Shown here: positions 40,265 through 51,363 of the stretch, piece after piece
How the letters are laid out: every line of letters begins with the position of its first letter
Numbering within the stretch: the stretch's first letter is position 1
Source: an uncultured bacterium
GTDB lineage: Bacteria > Zixibacteria > MSB-5A5 > CAIYYT01
Reading direction: 5' to 3'
DNA: 64,000 nt
Assembly: GCA_963726455.1 (NCBI GenBank)
Contig: CAVSCK010000004.1
Location: forward strand, 1,248,001-1,312,000
The notes under the pieces: generated by a model
Databases searched by the model: none
Told to the model about the DNA's origin: nothing
Seen by the model: the letters and a program-made list of their open reading frames with translations, nothing else
Program-made: the position numbers and the translations under genes

Positions 40265-41668
40265 TTATTTATCAGTACTTGCGAATTTCGATGGTATAGA
40301 GAACAGCGCGCCGGCACGTTCGAGTTGAACGTACTTCTGCGCAAAATCATAATTGGTCAGAATTTCATTGATAGCTGACGAAGTCAAAGTGGTGCGAGCG
40401 TCGAGAAATTCAACCTGAGACGCCATGCCTTCGGCAAACTTGCGCGACACGAGATCGAACGATTTCTGGGCGCTTTGCAGCCGGTCACTCGCAGTTGTCT
40501 GTGCCTGCTGCGCGACTATGACGGCATTGTATGCCTGCCGGATTTGCAGCTCGACTTTGCGCTCCAGCTCATCTTTCTGCACGGACAGTCGCTTTACGTC
40601 CAGCTCTGCCTGCGAGCGACGTGCCGCATCCTGGCCGCCACTGAATAGATTCCACTGCGCAACGACCGATATGGTGGTTACGTCATTCTTGCCGGTCAGG
40701 CGGTAATCCGAACCCTGGAATCCGTAATCCGCGACCAGCGAAACATTGGGCAGGAATGCCGACGAATTAAGCTTGACGTTGTTGGAAGACGCCTTGATGC
40801 CTTGATCGACCTGGCGGAACTCTTCGCGCTGTGCCAATCCCGAATGAATGACATCGTCCACCTGCGGCACAGTCACCTCGCTGATCACGGAATCAGGATC
40901 AAGCTCGATTGGCTCGTCGAATGGCCGATTTAGCAGGAGGTTAAAGTATCTGGCGACGTCGGAGCGCTGGCGCTCGGCATCGGCCAACTCCTGCTGGACG
41001 CTGCTCAGCTCGGCCTTGGCGCGATAGACGACATCCAGTGTGGCCTGCTGATTATCCACCAGCTTCTTGCTGACTCGCAGATTCTCGTCGAGGAGTTGCA
41101 GTGTCTGCGTGTAAAGCTCGACCACTCGGACTGACTTGGCATAATTCAGGTAAGTGGTCTTGATTTCTGCGACGAGATCGCGCGAGGACGCCGATAGGCG
41201 CGCTTGTTCAGCGTTTCTCAGACTTGATCGCAGCCGCAGATTGTAATAGGCCTTCGGTTGAAAAATTGGCTGAATCAGGCGCAGCTTCGTTTCCTGCTGA
41301 TTCGGAAGCTTCAAACTGAAGTTGGTGGGAAAGCGATTCTGTCCCGTAATCTGATTCAATGTTGAGTAAACCGGGTTAATCAGTTCGCCGAAATCAAGCG
41401 GATTGCCGCTGAAATTGGAGTAGCGAGTATCGATTGTCAGAGACGGCAATAAATAACCACGCGCTTCCGTGGTGGCCTCACCGGCTTGCTGAACGGTTAA
41501 TTCCTGTTGATGCAGCGAAAGATTCTGATTGAGACCCATCTGCACGTACCTGTCCAAATGAGTGGGCGCTTGCGCATAAGTACCTGTGCTGATAACGAAC
41601 CGCAGTACAGCGCTCGCAATTGTCGCTCGACTAACGAGTCTCCTGTGGAATATGTTTAAACACCGCAT
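40265..41668 (-). CDS. TolC family outer membrane protein
   Basis: Two OEP repeats; WNLFSGG; EFLDAR; start position uncertain. Confidence 0.9.
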   Translation of the reverse strand: MRCLNIFHRRLVSRATIASAVLRFVISTGTYAQAPTHLDRYVQMGLNQNLSLHQQELTVQQAGEATTEARGYLLPSLTIDTRYSNFSGNPLDFGELINPVYSTLNQITGQNRFPTNFSLKLPNQQETKLRLIQPIFQPKAYYNLRLRSSLRNAEQARLSASSRDLVAEIKTTYLNYAKSVRVVELYTQTLQLLDENLRVSKKLVDNQQATLDVVYRAKAELSSVQQELADAERQRSDVARYFNLLLNRPFDEPIELDPDSVISEVTVPQVDDVIHSGLAQREEFRQVDQGIKASSNNVKLNSSAFLPNVSLVADYGFQGSDYRLTGKNDVTTISVVAQWNLFSGGQDAARRSQAELDVKRLSVQKDELERKVELQIRQAYNAVIVAQQAQTTASDRLQSAQKSFDLVSRKFAEGMASQVEFLDARTTLTSSAINEILTNYDFAQKYVQLERAGALFSIPSKFASTDK

Positions 41669-41687
41669 AATTGTTAAACACCGTTTA
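41657..41687. promoter_or_regulatory. Paired operators TAAACACCG(C/T)(A/T)TA; related pair at 42383-42413
   Basis: Imperfect palindromes at 18-bp spacing, both before tolC and before tetR. Confidence 0.55.
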
Positions 41688-41709
41688 CCTTATGGTTAAA
41701 AAAAAGACG

Positions 41710-42333
41710 TTACTTCCTATTTCTTACTGCCGCCCACATGAAATCGTAGGCGCGCTGCACCATGTCGCCCGCTTGCTCCGGCGGACACATCAGGCACCGG
41801 TCACGAATCACCAGAGCCACCATTCCATGAACCAACGACCAGAACGCATATGATGCCGCGTGCGGATCCTCTAGCGGCAGCAACTTCGCGCTGATGCACT
41901 CCAACATCTCCTGATAAAGCACGTTGTAGGCCCTGGCGCCGCAGGCCCATTCCTTCTTCTCGTGAATCGACTTGGGAATACTGCGACTGATGAACATCAG
42001 GTCGTAATACTCGGGATTCTCGAGGGCGAACTTGATGTACAGTTGGCCTGACTTGTACAGCTTGTCCAGAGGATCAGTCTCTTCGAGCGACACTTTGAGA
42101 GTCTCAAACAGCTTGTCGAATCCACGCAGATGCAGCTCGAAAACAATCTCATCCTTATCTTTGAAGTAGGAATAGATGGCGCCCGGAGTGTATTCGATCT
42201 TCTCCGCGATGTTGCGGATGGAGATGCTCTCGTATCCTTCCGACATGTAGAGTTCAGCGGCAGCATCTACGATAGCTTTCCGCATCTCTTCTCGTTCTCG
42301 TTCACGTCTCTCGGTGGTACCCATGATCTTCAT
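41710..42333 (-). CDS. TetR family regulator (WHG-type C-terminal domain)
   Basis: SIRNIAEKIEYTPGAIYSYFKDK; WSLVHG. Confidence 0.93.
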   Translation of the reverse strand: MKIMGTTERREREREEMRKAIVDAAAELYMSEGYESISIRNIAEKIEYTPGAIYSYFKDKDEIVFELHLRGFDKLFETLKVSLEETDPLDKLYKSGQLYIKFALENPEYYDLMFISRSIPKSIHEKKEWACGARAYNVLYQEMLECISAKLLPLEDPHAASYAFWSLVHGMVALVIRDRCLMCPPEQAGDMVQRAYDFMWAAVRNRK

Positions 42334-42632
42334 TACCTCTATTCTGGACTGTGTCTTGACATTGCCAATATCGGCAACTCATTGAACACTGTCAAGTAAT
42401 TAAACGGCATTTAACAATAAATGTTTCAATAAATCTTAATAAAGTTTATATCTCATTAGTATCCAAGTATTTACCCAGACTAATATCACCGATTCCAGCT
42501 TCGAACTGCTCAAATGAGGTCCGAAACGGTTCCAATGCCAAAAAAAAGTGTAACGTTTCGTATTACATAACGTATATTATGTCCAGCATAAAAGATTTGT
42601 TGTTTCATCTATACGAACGTGGCTGAGGGAGT

Positions 42633-42845
42633 ATGGCAATTCAAGTTAATCTGGATATGATGCTGGTTCGAAGGAAGATGTCATTGACGGAGCTGGCATC
42701 GCGAATTGATATTTCGGTAACCAACCTCTCGCTTCTAAAGACCGGGAAAGTAAAAGGCATGCGATTCAGCACGCTGGAAGCAATCTGCCGCGAACTGAAT
42801 TGTCAGCCGGGAGATATTCTGGAATATGCACCGGATTTCGTCTAG
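42633..42845 (+). CDS. XRE/Cro HTH regulator (YozG-like)
   Basis: NLSLLKTGK..RFSTLEAIC..LNCQPGDILEY. Confidence 0.92.
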   Translation: MAIQVNLDMMLVRRKMSLTELASRIDISVTNLSLLKTGKVKGMRFSTLEAICRELNCQPGDILEYAPDFV

Positions 42846-42892
42846 CCGAACCAATAATGGACTTGGATAATTATGTTACAAGGAGCATAGAT

Positions 42893-43496
42893 ATGGATGA
42901 GAACAAGTACAAAATCGCGGGTTGGTTGGCCCTCGCACAGGCGATTCTGTTCCCGATCGCATTTGTAATCGGAATCGTGGAAGCTATCGTGGCGGGCAAG
43001 CTTCTCGAAGTCAAGCGGCCGTTTATCGGACCATCCGATTTCCTGATGATCGTGTTCACGGCTATCAGCGTCTACACTTTTCTGATGTTTCGTCGGTTGC
43101 TGCACGAGACGATACAACTACCACGAACTGGATCTGCTGATCATGATCTCAATCTGGTGGGTCATCGTGTTTCAAGTCATTGAGCTTGGGATCAACGTGC
43201 TGGCGATGATCTTCTGGCCGGTCAACACAATCCTGCTGACGGTCACATTTCTGGTATTCTTCACCGGTGCGATGGTCTCCATCGGCATCGTGGATATCTT
43301 GATCGCAACGAAGCTGCTGAAGATCAAAGAGACTTTGAGCGAGTACGTTCGCGGTTTCGCCTACGTTACGATGGTGGCCGGAATCTGCGAGGTGACCGTG
43401 TTGTTTGCACCGTTCAGTTTGCTTCTCTTCCCTGTGTCAGCCATTATCCTCGCTCTGGTGTTCTTCCGCGACAAACAGGAAACGGAATTTGTCTAA
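42893..43496 (+). CDS. Membrane protein (frameshift near 43110)
   Basis: AAGGAG SD; hydrophobic ORF continues in the 43143 frame. Confidence 0.65.
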
Positions 43497-43681
43497 CGCG
43501 CTGTCCAAAACTCGCTGATACGAACCGTGAGTGATTCACCAGGCATTTGTCGTGAGCATCACAAGGTCGCTCGACATATCGTCCGCAAAAATCGCAGCGG
43601 GGTTGCTTCAAAGCCCCTTCCCCTGTAAATTGCCAATGGTTCCGAATTCCCGGTACCCTCGTAGGTGATGGAGAACTAGAA

Positions 43682-44596
43682 ATGTCGAGCAAGTTTGGAA
43701 TAGTGATACACGGAGGAGCGGGGGCAATTTCCAAAGACAAGATGACCCCGGAATTGGAACAGCAATTTCGTGACGGATTGGTGACGTCGCTGGTTGGCGG
43801 ATACGACATTCTCAATTCGGGTGGAAGCAGTCTGGATGCCGTGCAAACAGCCGTCAATCTGATGGAAGACAATCCGCTGTTCAATGCCGGTAAAGGCGCC
43901 GTGTTCACCAGCGAAGGCAGAAATGAGCTGGACGCTGCCATCATGGATGGCCGCACACTGAAAGCCGGCGCGGTCGCCGGGGTGCGGCATATCAAAAATC
44001 CTATTACGCTTGCCCGGCTGATTATGGATCGACTCCCGCATGTTCTTCTGGCAGGCGAAGGCGCGGAAGAGTTCGCGCGATCACAGGGAATGGAAATGAT
44101 GCCGGAGGAATATTTCTTCACGGAGCGACGCTGGAAAATGCTGGAGGAAACCAGGGCCAAAGAGACGGCAAGCAGCCGCGGCATGGGTACCGTTGGCGCT
44201 GTGGCTCTTGATCAGGACGGCAACCTCGCGGCGGCGACATCGACCGGCGGCATGACCAACAGTCGCTACGGCCGGATTGGCGACTCCCCCATTATCGGTG
44301 CCGGCACTTACGCCAATAATCTCACTTGTGCCATCTCGACTACCGGACAGGGAGAGTTCTTCATGCGCGGAGTCACGGCCTACGATATTTCCGCGATGAT
44401 GGAATACCGTGGCCTGAGTCTGAAAGATGCCTCCGAGTTGGCAATCTTTACGAAACTTGCCTCGCTCGGAGGATCCGGCGGGCTGGTCGCCATTGACGCA
44501 AGTGGCTCGATTGCCCTGCCGTTCAACTCACTGGGCATGTACCGGGGATTCTATCTGGCAGACGGCGCGCTCGAAACAGCGATCTACCGAGAGTAA
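43682..44596 (+). CDS. iaaA: Isoaspartyl peptidase / L-asparaginase (Ntn hydrolase)
   Basis: IHGGAG, FNAGKG, GTVGAVA, STGG, GRIGDSP. Confidence 0.95.
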   Translation: MSSKFGIVIHGGAGAISKDKMTPELEQQFRDGLVTSLVGGYDILNSGGSSLDAVQTAVNLMEDNPLFNAGKGAVFTSEGRNELDAAIMDGRTLKAGAVAGVRHIKNPITLARLIMDRLPHVLLAGEGAEEFARSQGMEMMPEEYFFTERRWKMLEETRAKETASSRGMGTVGAVALDQDGNLAAATSTGGMTNSRYGRIGDSPIIGAGTYANNLTCAISTTGQGEFFMRGVTAYDISAMMEYRGLSLKDASELAIFTKLASLGGSGGLVAIDASGSIALPFNSLGMYRGFYLADGALETAIYRE

Positions 44597-44688
44597 TGGA
44601 CTACGGTCGCATCCGCAGTTTACATGTCAATGTGATTGACCTCCTTTCCATGGTGGCATAAAGTGACAGAATACAAAGGAGCCTTCTG

Positions 44689-45219
44689 ATGGATAATCAC
44701 TGGAAAACGATCATCTGGCAGCAAATGGGAGCTGCGATCGATGCACTGGAAAACGCCATGCAGGCCTGTCCGGAAAACGTCTGGAGCGACCCGGCGAAGC
44801 ATGAGAAGACGCTGCACGGACAACCGATGGAATTCTGGTACCTGGCATTTCACACGTTGTTCTGGCTGGACTACTATCTCGCGGAAACGCCGAAAGAATT
44901 CCGGCCCCAGGCGCCATTCGGACTCGAGGAAATGGATCCGGCGGGATTATTGCCGGAACGCGCTTATACCAAGGATGAATTGCAGGTCTATCTGGAGCAT
45001 TGTCGTCAGAAGTGTCGCGGGGCAATCGCCGGCCTGAGTGATGAACGTCCGCGCCCACCATATAATTTCCGTAAAGTCAGTCTCAGCTTCGATGAGTTGC
45101 TGCTCTATGTAATGCGCCATATACAGCATCATGCGGCACAACTGAATTTGATGTTACGGCAGACGATTGGCTCCGCGCCCGGTTGGACTTTCGTGGCAAA
45201 ACAGAAGTTGAGCGACTAA
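44689..45219 (+). CDS. DinB family protein
   Basis: FHTLFWLD; RHIQHHAAQL His triad. Confidence 0.9.
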   Translation: MDNHWKTIIWQQMGAAIDALENAMQACPENVWSDPAKHEKTLHGQPMEFWYLAFHTLFWLDYYLAETPKEFRPQAPFGLEEMDPAGLLPERAYTKDELQVYLEHCRQKCRGAIAGLSDERPRPPYNFRKVSLSFDELLLYVMRHIQHHAAQLNLMLRQTIGSAPGWTFVAKQKLSD

Positions 45220-45402
45220 CTTCACCCTATGGAATCACAATCTCATTGGGCGACGTTCAACAAATACAGGGCTGGCTGCGTTCAAGAGAAGAGGCGGTCG
45301 CGTCGGCGGCGAACCAGTACGGATGGTGGAGAAAATTGGCTGTGCGATTACGTTCTTTCGGGATCGCCTGCCGATAAAATATGAAAGCGAACAAGGAGAT
45401 TC

Positions 45403-45876
45403 ATGCAAGTTCCGATTCTGCGAAGTACTTATAAGACGCTGGCCGAAAAGATCGGCACACTGAAAAAAGACATCGATGGCAATTCGAAAGAGATCGGACG
45501 GGCCGCTGCGCTCGGTGACCTCAAAGAGAACTCGGCATATCACAGCGCCCGCGAGCGACAGGTGTTGTTGCTGGAACGCATGCAGAGATTTCAGGAATAT
45601 ATGCGCGGCAGAGTTGTCGACCTGACCAATGGCAAGCCGGACAAAGTGTCATTCGGTACGTCGGTGACGGTCGTCGACTCCCAATCGGGCCAGCCGCGCG
45701 TGTTCAACATTGTCGGGCCGGTGGAATACGAGCTTGACCTGCTCCCGAATATTGTGACCTTCTCCGCCCCGATGGCGAAGCTGCTGCTCGGCAAACAAGT
45801 CGGCGACTCAGTCGAAAGTCGATTCAGCGCCGCCGAGTGGACGGGAGTAATCTCGGATATTCGCGCGATCGAATAG
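45403..45876 (+). CDS. GreA/GreB family elongation factor
   Basis: GDLKENSAYH; VSFGTSV; SAPMAKLLLGKQVGD. Confidence 0.88.
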   Translation: MQVPILRSTYKTLAEKIGTLKKDIDGNSKEIGRAAALGDLKENSAYHSARERQVLLLERMQRFQEYMRGRVVDLTNGKPDKVSFGTSVTVVDSQSGQPRVFNIVGPVEYELDLLPNIVTFSAPMAKLLLGKQVGDSVESRFSAAEWTGVISDIRAIE

Positions 45877-45919
45877 CGGCAACAACTCCTCACTCCTGTG
45901 TGAGCAACGCAGCAGTCGC

Positions 45920-47816
45920 CTATCTGTCAATCCCGACACCTATTTCGTACGGTCCCGGCTTGGTGGAATCGGGCTTCGGACTGATCCAACGGCTTCCGTT
46001 TTTCGCCCAGGCCGCGTTGTATGTGTCATTGCCCCCGCCATCAACGAACACCCCGAAAGTATTTAGATAGGTTCGCGCACCCTGTTCAAGTCCTCGCGCA
46101 CCGCCGAGATTGAATTGCCCGGTGGTATGGTAGGTGTCGTCGCCCTCCCAGTCATGGAAGATTCCGATTCCCTGGAAATTGCCGCCACCGAGTGACAGGC
46201 CGGGTGCATAGTAGGTGTCGTTGCCGGCGCGCTCATTGAAATATCCGATCGTGAAGTCATGCCCCGATCCGATTGACATGTTCATGGTGGCGTTGTACAC
46301 ATCGTTGCCGGCGAAATCGTCGAAATAGCCGATGGCAAAATGCGCGCCCGAGCCCAGCGTGTACCAGACGCTGCGATAATTATCATCGCCGGCGCCGTCG
46401 AGCAGCATCCCGAGCGCGAACCAATATCCACAGCCCTGTGCGAATAGCCCGGCGGAGTATTTGTCGTTTCCTAGGATGTCGCACAAAATGCCGACTCCCC
46501 CCGCCCAACTGTGTCCGTCGATGTAATCAGCGCGCTTGCCGAAACCAACACCCTGGGCCAGTGACGAATTATGCTCTTGCGTCTGCTGGCCGGGGCTGAA
46601 CAGGATGCTGTCCTCGGCGACATAAACATCATCCCCTGAGTAATTGATACAGAGGCCGCAGCCCCTGGTGTAGCCGTATCCCTGAGAAGTAGCCCAACAA
46701 TACAGTGAGTCATTGCCGGTGCTGTCGGACAGAACGCCCACACCAAACGCGGCAGAACCCTGTGAATAGGTCTTGCTGCGGTATCTGTCGTTGCCGTTGT
46801 TATCCATCACGGCCCCAACGCCGAAGATGCCGCATCCCTGCGCGACGTTGATACCGTCATAGTAATCGTCCCCGGACTTATCAATGACGACTGACATGCC
46901 GAGCACGGCGCCACCGATGCCGGGCGTGGTTGAATCAGCGGAGATGTAGCGGTCGTGCCCCGCCACGTCTATAATTGCTGTCAGAGGATATCCGGACGGA
47001 TACCCCGAAATACGATAGGTGTCATCACCACCAGGATCGAGAATGAGAAGTGGCGGCGTAGTGAAGGAATACTCGTCTTTACCGGCTGCGCCAATAACGA
47101 TCAGGCCCAGAGGAGTCTTTATTTCCTGCCGCGAGTCGGGGAACTTGCAGAATTCTAGCGAGTCGGCTGTGCGCCTGAGAATTTCCGTGAGGTCTTCGGC
47201 ACCGCCAATCATGCGATTCAGATCAACCGTGGTTGCCAACTCCTCCACCAGATCGTTGTATTTCTGGTTGTCGGCCACGAAGTATTGAAAAACCTGTTTG
47301 CGAGTCTTGTCAGGGCTGATCCGCACATAGGCCTGTGTGAAATTAAAGTCTGTGTCGTTGATAACCGCGTAGAAGAGATCAATTTTCGCGCGCAGCTTGG
47401 CAAACTGTGGGCCCGCAAGCCCGGTGAGATTTCTTGTTATCGACGGCAGACGCAGTGAATCGAGGGCTTTAGTGTATTTCTCGAATTGATCGCTCACCAG
47501 GCCGCGACGAACCGGGCAGTCAATTCTGCGTCCGGCGCTCGGCAACCAAAGATGTGATATTGCCGCAATCGGCGGTGAATGCTTCAAGATTCAAGCGGCC
47601 ATACTTGGGCAACTTGAATGGGTTCTTGTGGAACATTGTGAAATACGACAACCGCCACATGTCACCTCCCCAGGTTGCCATTTCATCCTGATCAAAGCGA
47701 ACATCCTCACGAGTCATATGTACCTGCGCCAGTGCCGAATCGAACAAGCTCAAGTCCTGGGCAGCGGCAACAGCAGGTGTGAACATGAGCAGCAAAAGCC
47801 AATATAGACGTGTCAT
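45920..47816 (-). CDS. Secreted Gly/Asp-repeat protein (frameshift near 47545)
   Basis: Signal peptide in the 47520-47816 frame; many D..G(N/D)D.Y and QG.G..G.G repeats. Confidence 0.7.
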
Positions 47817-48001
47817 GGTACTCTCCGAATATTTGTGGTCGCAATATAGGTGCGAGTCCCGGGCAGGCCAACTTCAAAGTATCCGGAAACTTACTGAGCG
47901 AGTCCATCATCAGGCCGTGGATCAGCGTAGGCATTCAGGATGCATGACGCTTTCGGAGCTGCGGCTGAAATGGCCGCCAAAGAGGGATTGAGATTTCGCC
48001 T

Positions 48002-48577
48002 ATGAGCAGCGCACGACTGGAGGCCTTCAGCGATGCCGTGATTGCGGTGATTATTACGATTATGGTGCTGGCTCTGAAAGTCCCGACGAGCGCAGAGATA
48101 GCAGCGCTACGCCCGGTATTGCCCGTGTTCCTGACTTATATTCTCAGTTTCGTGGTGGTCGGCATTTACTGGAATAACCACCATCACCTCATCAGGGCAA
48201 CCAAAGACGTCACGACAGGTGTTATGTGGGCGAATTTGCACCTGTTGTTCTGGCTGTCGTTAATCCCGTTCTTCACCGGCTGGCTCGGGGAAAATCATGG
48301 CGGCTCGTGGCCTACCGCCTTTTACGGAGCAGTTCTCCTGATGTCGGCGATTGCCTACACGATTTTGCAGAGAGCGATTGTCTGTCAGCACGGAAGAGAT
48401 TCGAAACTGGCGGCTGCCGTCGGAAGTGACTTGAAAGGCAAACTGTCGATCGCCTGTTATGCTCTGGCTATCGCTGTCTCGCCATTCTACACGTGGATTT
48501 CAGATTCGCTCTTCATTCTGGTGGCGATCATGTGGGTAGTGCCCGACCCGCGCACGAAGGCGGGGATACGAGACTGA
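48002..48577 (+). CDS. TMEM175 family potassium channel
   Basis: RLEAFSDAVIAVIITIMVL; YWNNHHH. Confidence 0.93.
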   Translation: MSSARLEAFSDAVIAVIITIMVLALKVPTSAEIAALRPVLPVFLTYILSFVVVGIYWNNHHHLIRATKDVTTGVMWANLHLLFWLSLIPFFTGWLGENHGGSWPTAFYGAVLLMSAIAYTILQRAIVCQHGRDSKLAAAVGSDLKGKLSIACYALAIAVSPFYTWISDSLFILVAIMWVVPDPRTKAGIRD

Positions 48578-48701
48578 CGCAAGATTTCGGCAATCATCGC
48601 GACCACAGTGAACCTGCGAGACCGTTACCGGCCTCGCAGTTGTTCATCGGAAATGTCGCCGGTCTTCGCAACGCGCTCGCGAGATCAATTCGACTGTCAC
48701 A

Positions 48702-49475
48702 TCAGCGAGAAGCGTGACTTGCTTGCCGGAGTTGCAGATTGTTCACCACGCTGAGGGCATCAGTGTTCATCAGGATGGTGTTCATGGCCCAATTGCGGTC
48801 ATGCTTGGTATCGACGGTACCTTCCAGAGTGACGACACCTTCGTTCACGATCAGGTGCACTGCCGGCGCTGAGATTTCCGTCACGGGCGCGAAAAACCGA
48901 TCGTTATAGATGAGCCGGGCCGCGCGATAGCGAATTTCGTCGTCGAAAAGCGATTGGGATTCAACCTTGATATCATTATTGATTCTGCTGACGCCGGGCA
49001 CGCGCTCCACCACATGTTCAAAAAGCCGCTTGTGCCAGGGTTCATAAACCCACCCTTTGAGCGTTACGGTGCCGCCTTTTACATCGAAATTCACCCAGTC
49101 ATAAACGCTGTACTGGACGTTGTGCTGAAGCTGCTTGTTGACGTTTTCCTGAAGTTGCTGGTCCGGCACGCCAAGCGGCTTGACCGCAAGATCGTTGACC
49201 AGGCGATGATCGTCGGCGGTCTTTTCGACAACCTGTGCAACCTGCCGCGCCTGATAAAGCGTGGCGACGGTACCGCTGATAGTGACAACGCTTTCATTGG
49301 CGCTGACATCGATGGCATTACCTCGCAGCAGATCATGGTTGCTGAGTTGTTCTTCAATTCGTGACTGCAGGGAGTTGTCGCTCTTCTGTTGACTCTTTGC
49401 GAAGACGTTCACGGGCAGAGTCAGCAGCAATAGAGAGAACACCATTGCAATCATGGCTAAGTTTCGGTTTTTCAT
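48702..49475 (-). CDS. Periplasmic BON-domain protein (3 BON domains)
   Basis: Signal peptide; VVTISG, TVTLKG, VVTLEG; VVNNL. Confidence 0.88.
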   Translation of the reverse strand: MKNRNLAMIAMVFSLLLLTLPVNVFAKSQQKSDNSLQSRIEEQLSNHDLLRGNAIDVSANESVVTISGTVATLYQARQVAQVVEKTADDHRLVNDLAVKPLGVPDQQLQENVNKQLQHNVQYSVYDWVNFDVKGGTVTLKGWVYEPWHKRLFEHVVERVPGVSRINNDIKVESQSLFDDEIRYRAARLIYNDRFFAPVTEISAPAVHLIVNEGVVTLEGTVDTKHDRNWAMNTILMNTDALSVVNNLQLRQASHASR

Positions 49476-49894
49476 ATTTATCCTCACTTTCCAAGTGTTC
49501 ATCTCCACCTCGGAGGTAATACGCGTCCGAAACAGCAACCGGTAATGTGTTATGATACGGAAAAGCCGATCGCGGGCGGTTGCGGGATCGTCCCTAAGCG
49601 CTTATGCGTCAACGTCCTACATAAGTGGCGGACACTTTCTGAGGCGCCGAGCCGTGCAGTGCCTGAGAGACTCTCCGACATATTGTGATTTGCTGCGTCG
49701 CAAGTTTTAGCGGACGTTGCTGGATTTCCGGGAATGATTCACAACGGAGCGCCGACAAGTTGCGACGGCCTGCCGAATTTTGCGCAGTCGGTAATAACTT
49801 GCGCCAGCCAAACCGAATTACTTGTATGGAACCGTTCTTGAACGTAATATTGTTTTGACTTTGAGACTGCGTACCCTTCACCGCGGGGAGTAAC

Positions 49895-51259
49895 TTGCCA
49901 TTTGACCGCCTGATGAAAAGATTGCGTGACCGGATCGCATGTTACCTTCCTCTTCCCGCTTACTACGGCAAGGACTTTCGGCGCATCTACGCCTTTCTCC
50001 TGAAGAGTCGGTATTGGAGCCGCGAGGAAATTCTGGCCTACAAACTGGAACGAATCCAGGCGCTGTTGCAGCATGCACAGGCGCATGTGCCATATTACCG
50101 CGACTTGTTTCAGCGGCTTGGAATTGATAGCACTGAAATCAAGACTTACGAAGATTTTTCCAAGTTTCCGGTCCTCAGCAAAGATACGGTCAGGAACTGC
50201 CTTCATCTTCTGAAGTCAGACACTTTCGATTCGTTCAAACCGGTGCGCACGCAAACTTCGGGCACGACCTCCTCGATGACGCTGGTTTATCGCAGTGCCT
50301 ATCAGGAGGCCTTCCGCCGGGCGCAGTTGTGGCGATTCTACAATGAACATGGTCATCATTTCCGCGATCGCTGGGTGAATATCGTCTGCAATAGTTTTGA
50401 CCCGAATTCACCCGTTATCGAGCACAATCGCCTGGAAAACTGTCTGATCATCAACACGTATCAAATTATCCGCGGCAAGCGTGATGAGATTCTCGACGCC
50501 ATCGAGGAATTTCGCCCGAACCTGATCTGGGCTCACCCCAGTCCGCTGGCAATTCTGGCTGAGCATCTGCTTTCCAACGGCAGGAAATCGATCAAGGTGC
50601 CATTGGTGGCGACATTCGCGGAAAAGATTTACCCCCATGTGCGGCGGGTTCTGGAGGAAGCATTTCCGGGGCAATATATCGACTATCTCGGCAATCGGGA
50701 AAACAGCGTAGCCGCCTGGGGGCATTCGAACGACCAGTTCTACGAAGTCTCCGAATACTGTCACATCGAAGTCGACAATCATGGACCGGACGGCGTGACC
50801 GGCGATCTGATCAGCACCAGCCTGCACAATTATGCTTGTCCATTGATACGATATGACTCCGGGGACGTGATTCGCTGGCTGGGATATACTGACCCGAAAT
50901 CACCCTATCCGATGTTTGAACTTCTCGGTGGCCGCGGCAAAGATGTGTTGGTAACTCGTAACGGCCTGACAGTTCCCTATTTCCTGGCCTACATCGAAAA
51001 GAAGAACTTCGACAAGCTTGCCAAGTACCAGATGGAACAGGTAGACCTGGATGAAATAATCCTGCGAATCGTCCCCAGGGCGAATTTCGTTCGCGAGACC
51101 GACGAGCCGTTGCTGCTGGAATATGCTTCCAAGTCGCTGGCAGACCAGTTCAAGATTCGTCTCGAATACGTGGATGATATACCGTTGACCGACGGTGGCA
51201 AGTATCGTCCGGTCATTTCAAAACCCGCACTGGAATACTTCGACAAGAAATATCGCTAG
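49895..51259 (+). CDS. Phenylacetate-CoA ligase / CapK-like adenylate-forming protein
   Basis: HVPYYR, TSGTT, PLIRYDSGD, GRGKD, GGKYR. Confidence 0.85.
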   Translation: MPFDRLMKRLRDRIACYLPLPAYYGKDFRRIYAFLLKSRYWSREEILAYKLERIQALLQHAQAHVPYYRDLFQRLGIDSTEIKTYEDFSKFPVLSKDTVRNCLHLLKSDTFDSFKPVRTQTSGTTSSMTLVYRSAYQEAFRRAQLWRFYNEHGHHFRDRWVNIVCNSFDPNSPVIEHNRLENCLIINTYQIIRGKRDEILDAIEEFRPNLIWAHPSPLAILAEHLLSNGRKSIKVPLVATFAEKIYPHVRRVLEEAFPGQYIDYLGNRENSVAAWGHSNDQFYEVSEYCHIEVDNHGPDGVTGDLISTSLHNYACPLIRYDSGDVIRWLGYTDPKSPYPMFELLGGRGKDVLVTRNGLTVPYFLAYIEKKNFDKLAKYQMEQVDLDEIILRIVPRANFVRETDEPLLLEYASKSLADQFKIRLEYVDDIPLTDGGKYRPVISKPALEYFDKKYR

Positions 51260-51363
51260 AGTCCTTCCCGCACACTCACAGACTTGTTGATTGCTTCAAG
51301 ATCGGCCCCTACGTTTCGTATCAATTTGTTGTAATCAGTTTGGGGCTTGGTAGAGGATAACTC

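Noticed and set aside
45340-45380. Sigma28 promoter before the greA-like gene (GCCGATAA)
   Set aside because: No -35 element at the proper spacing.
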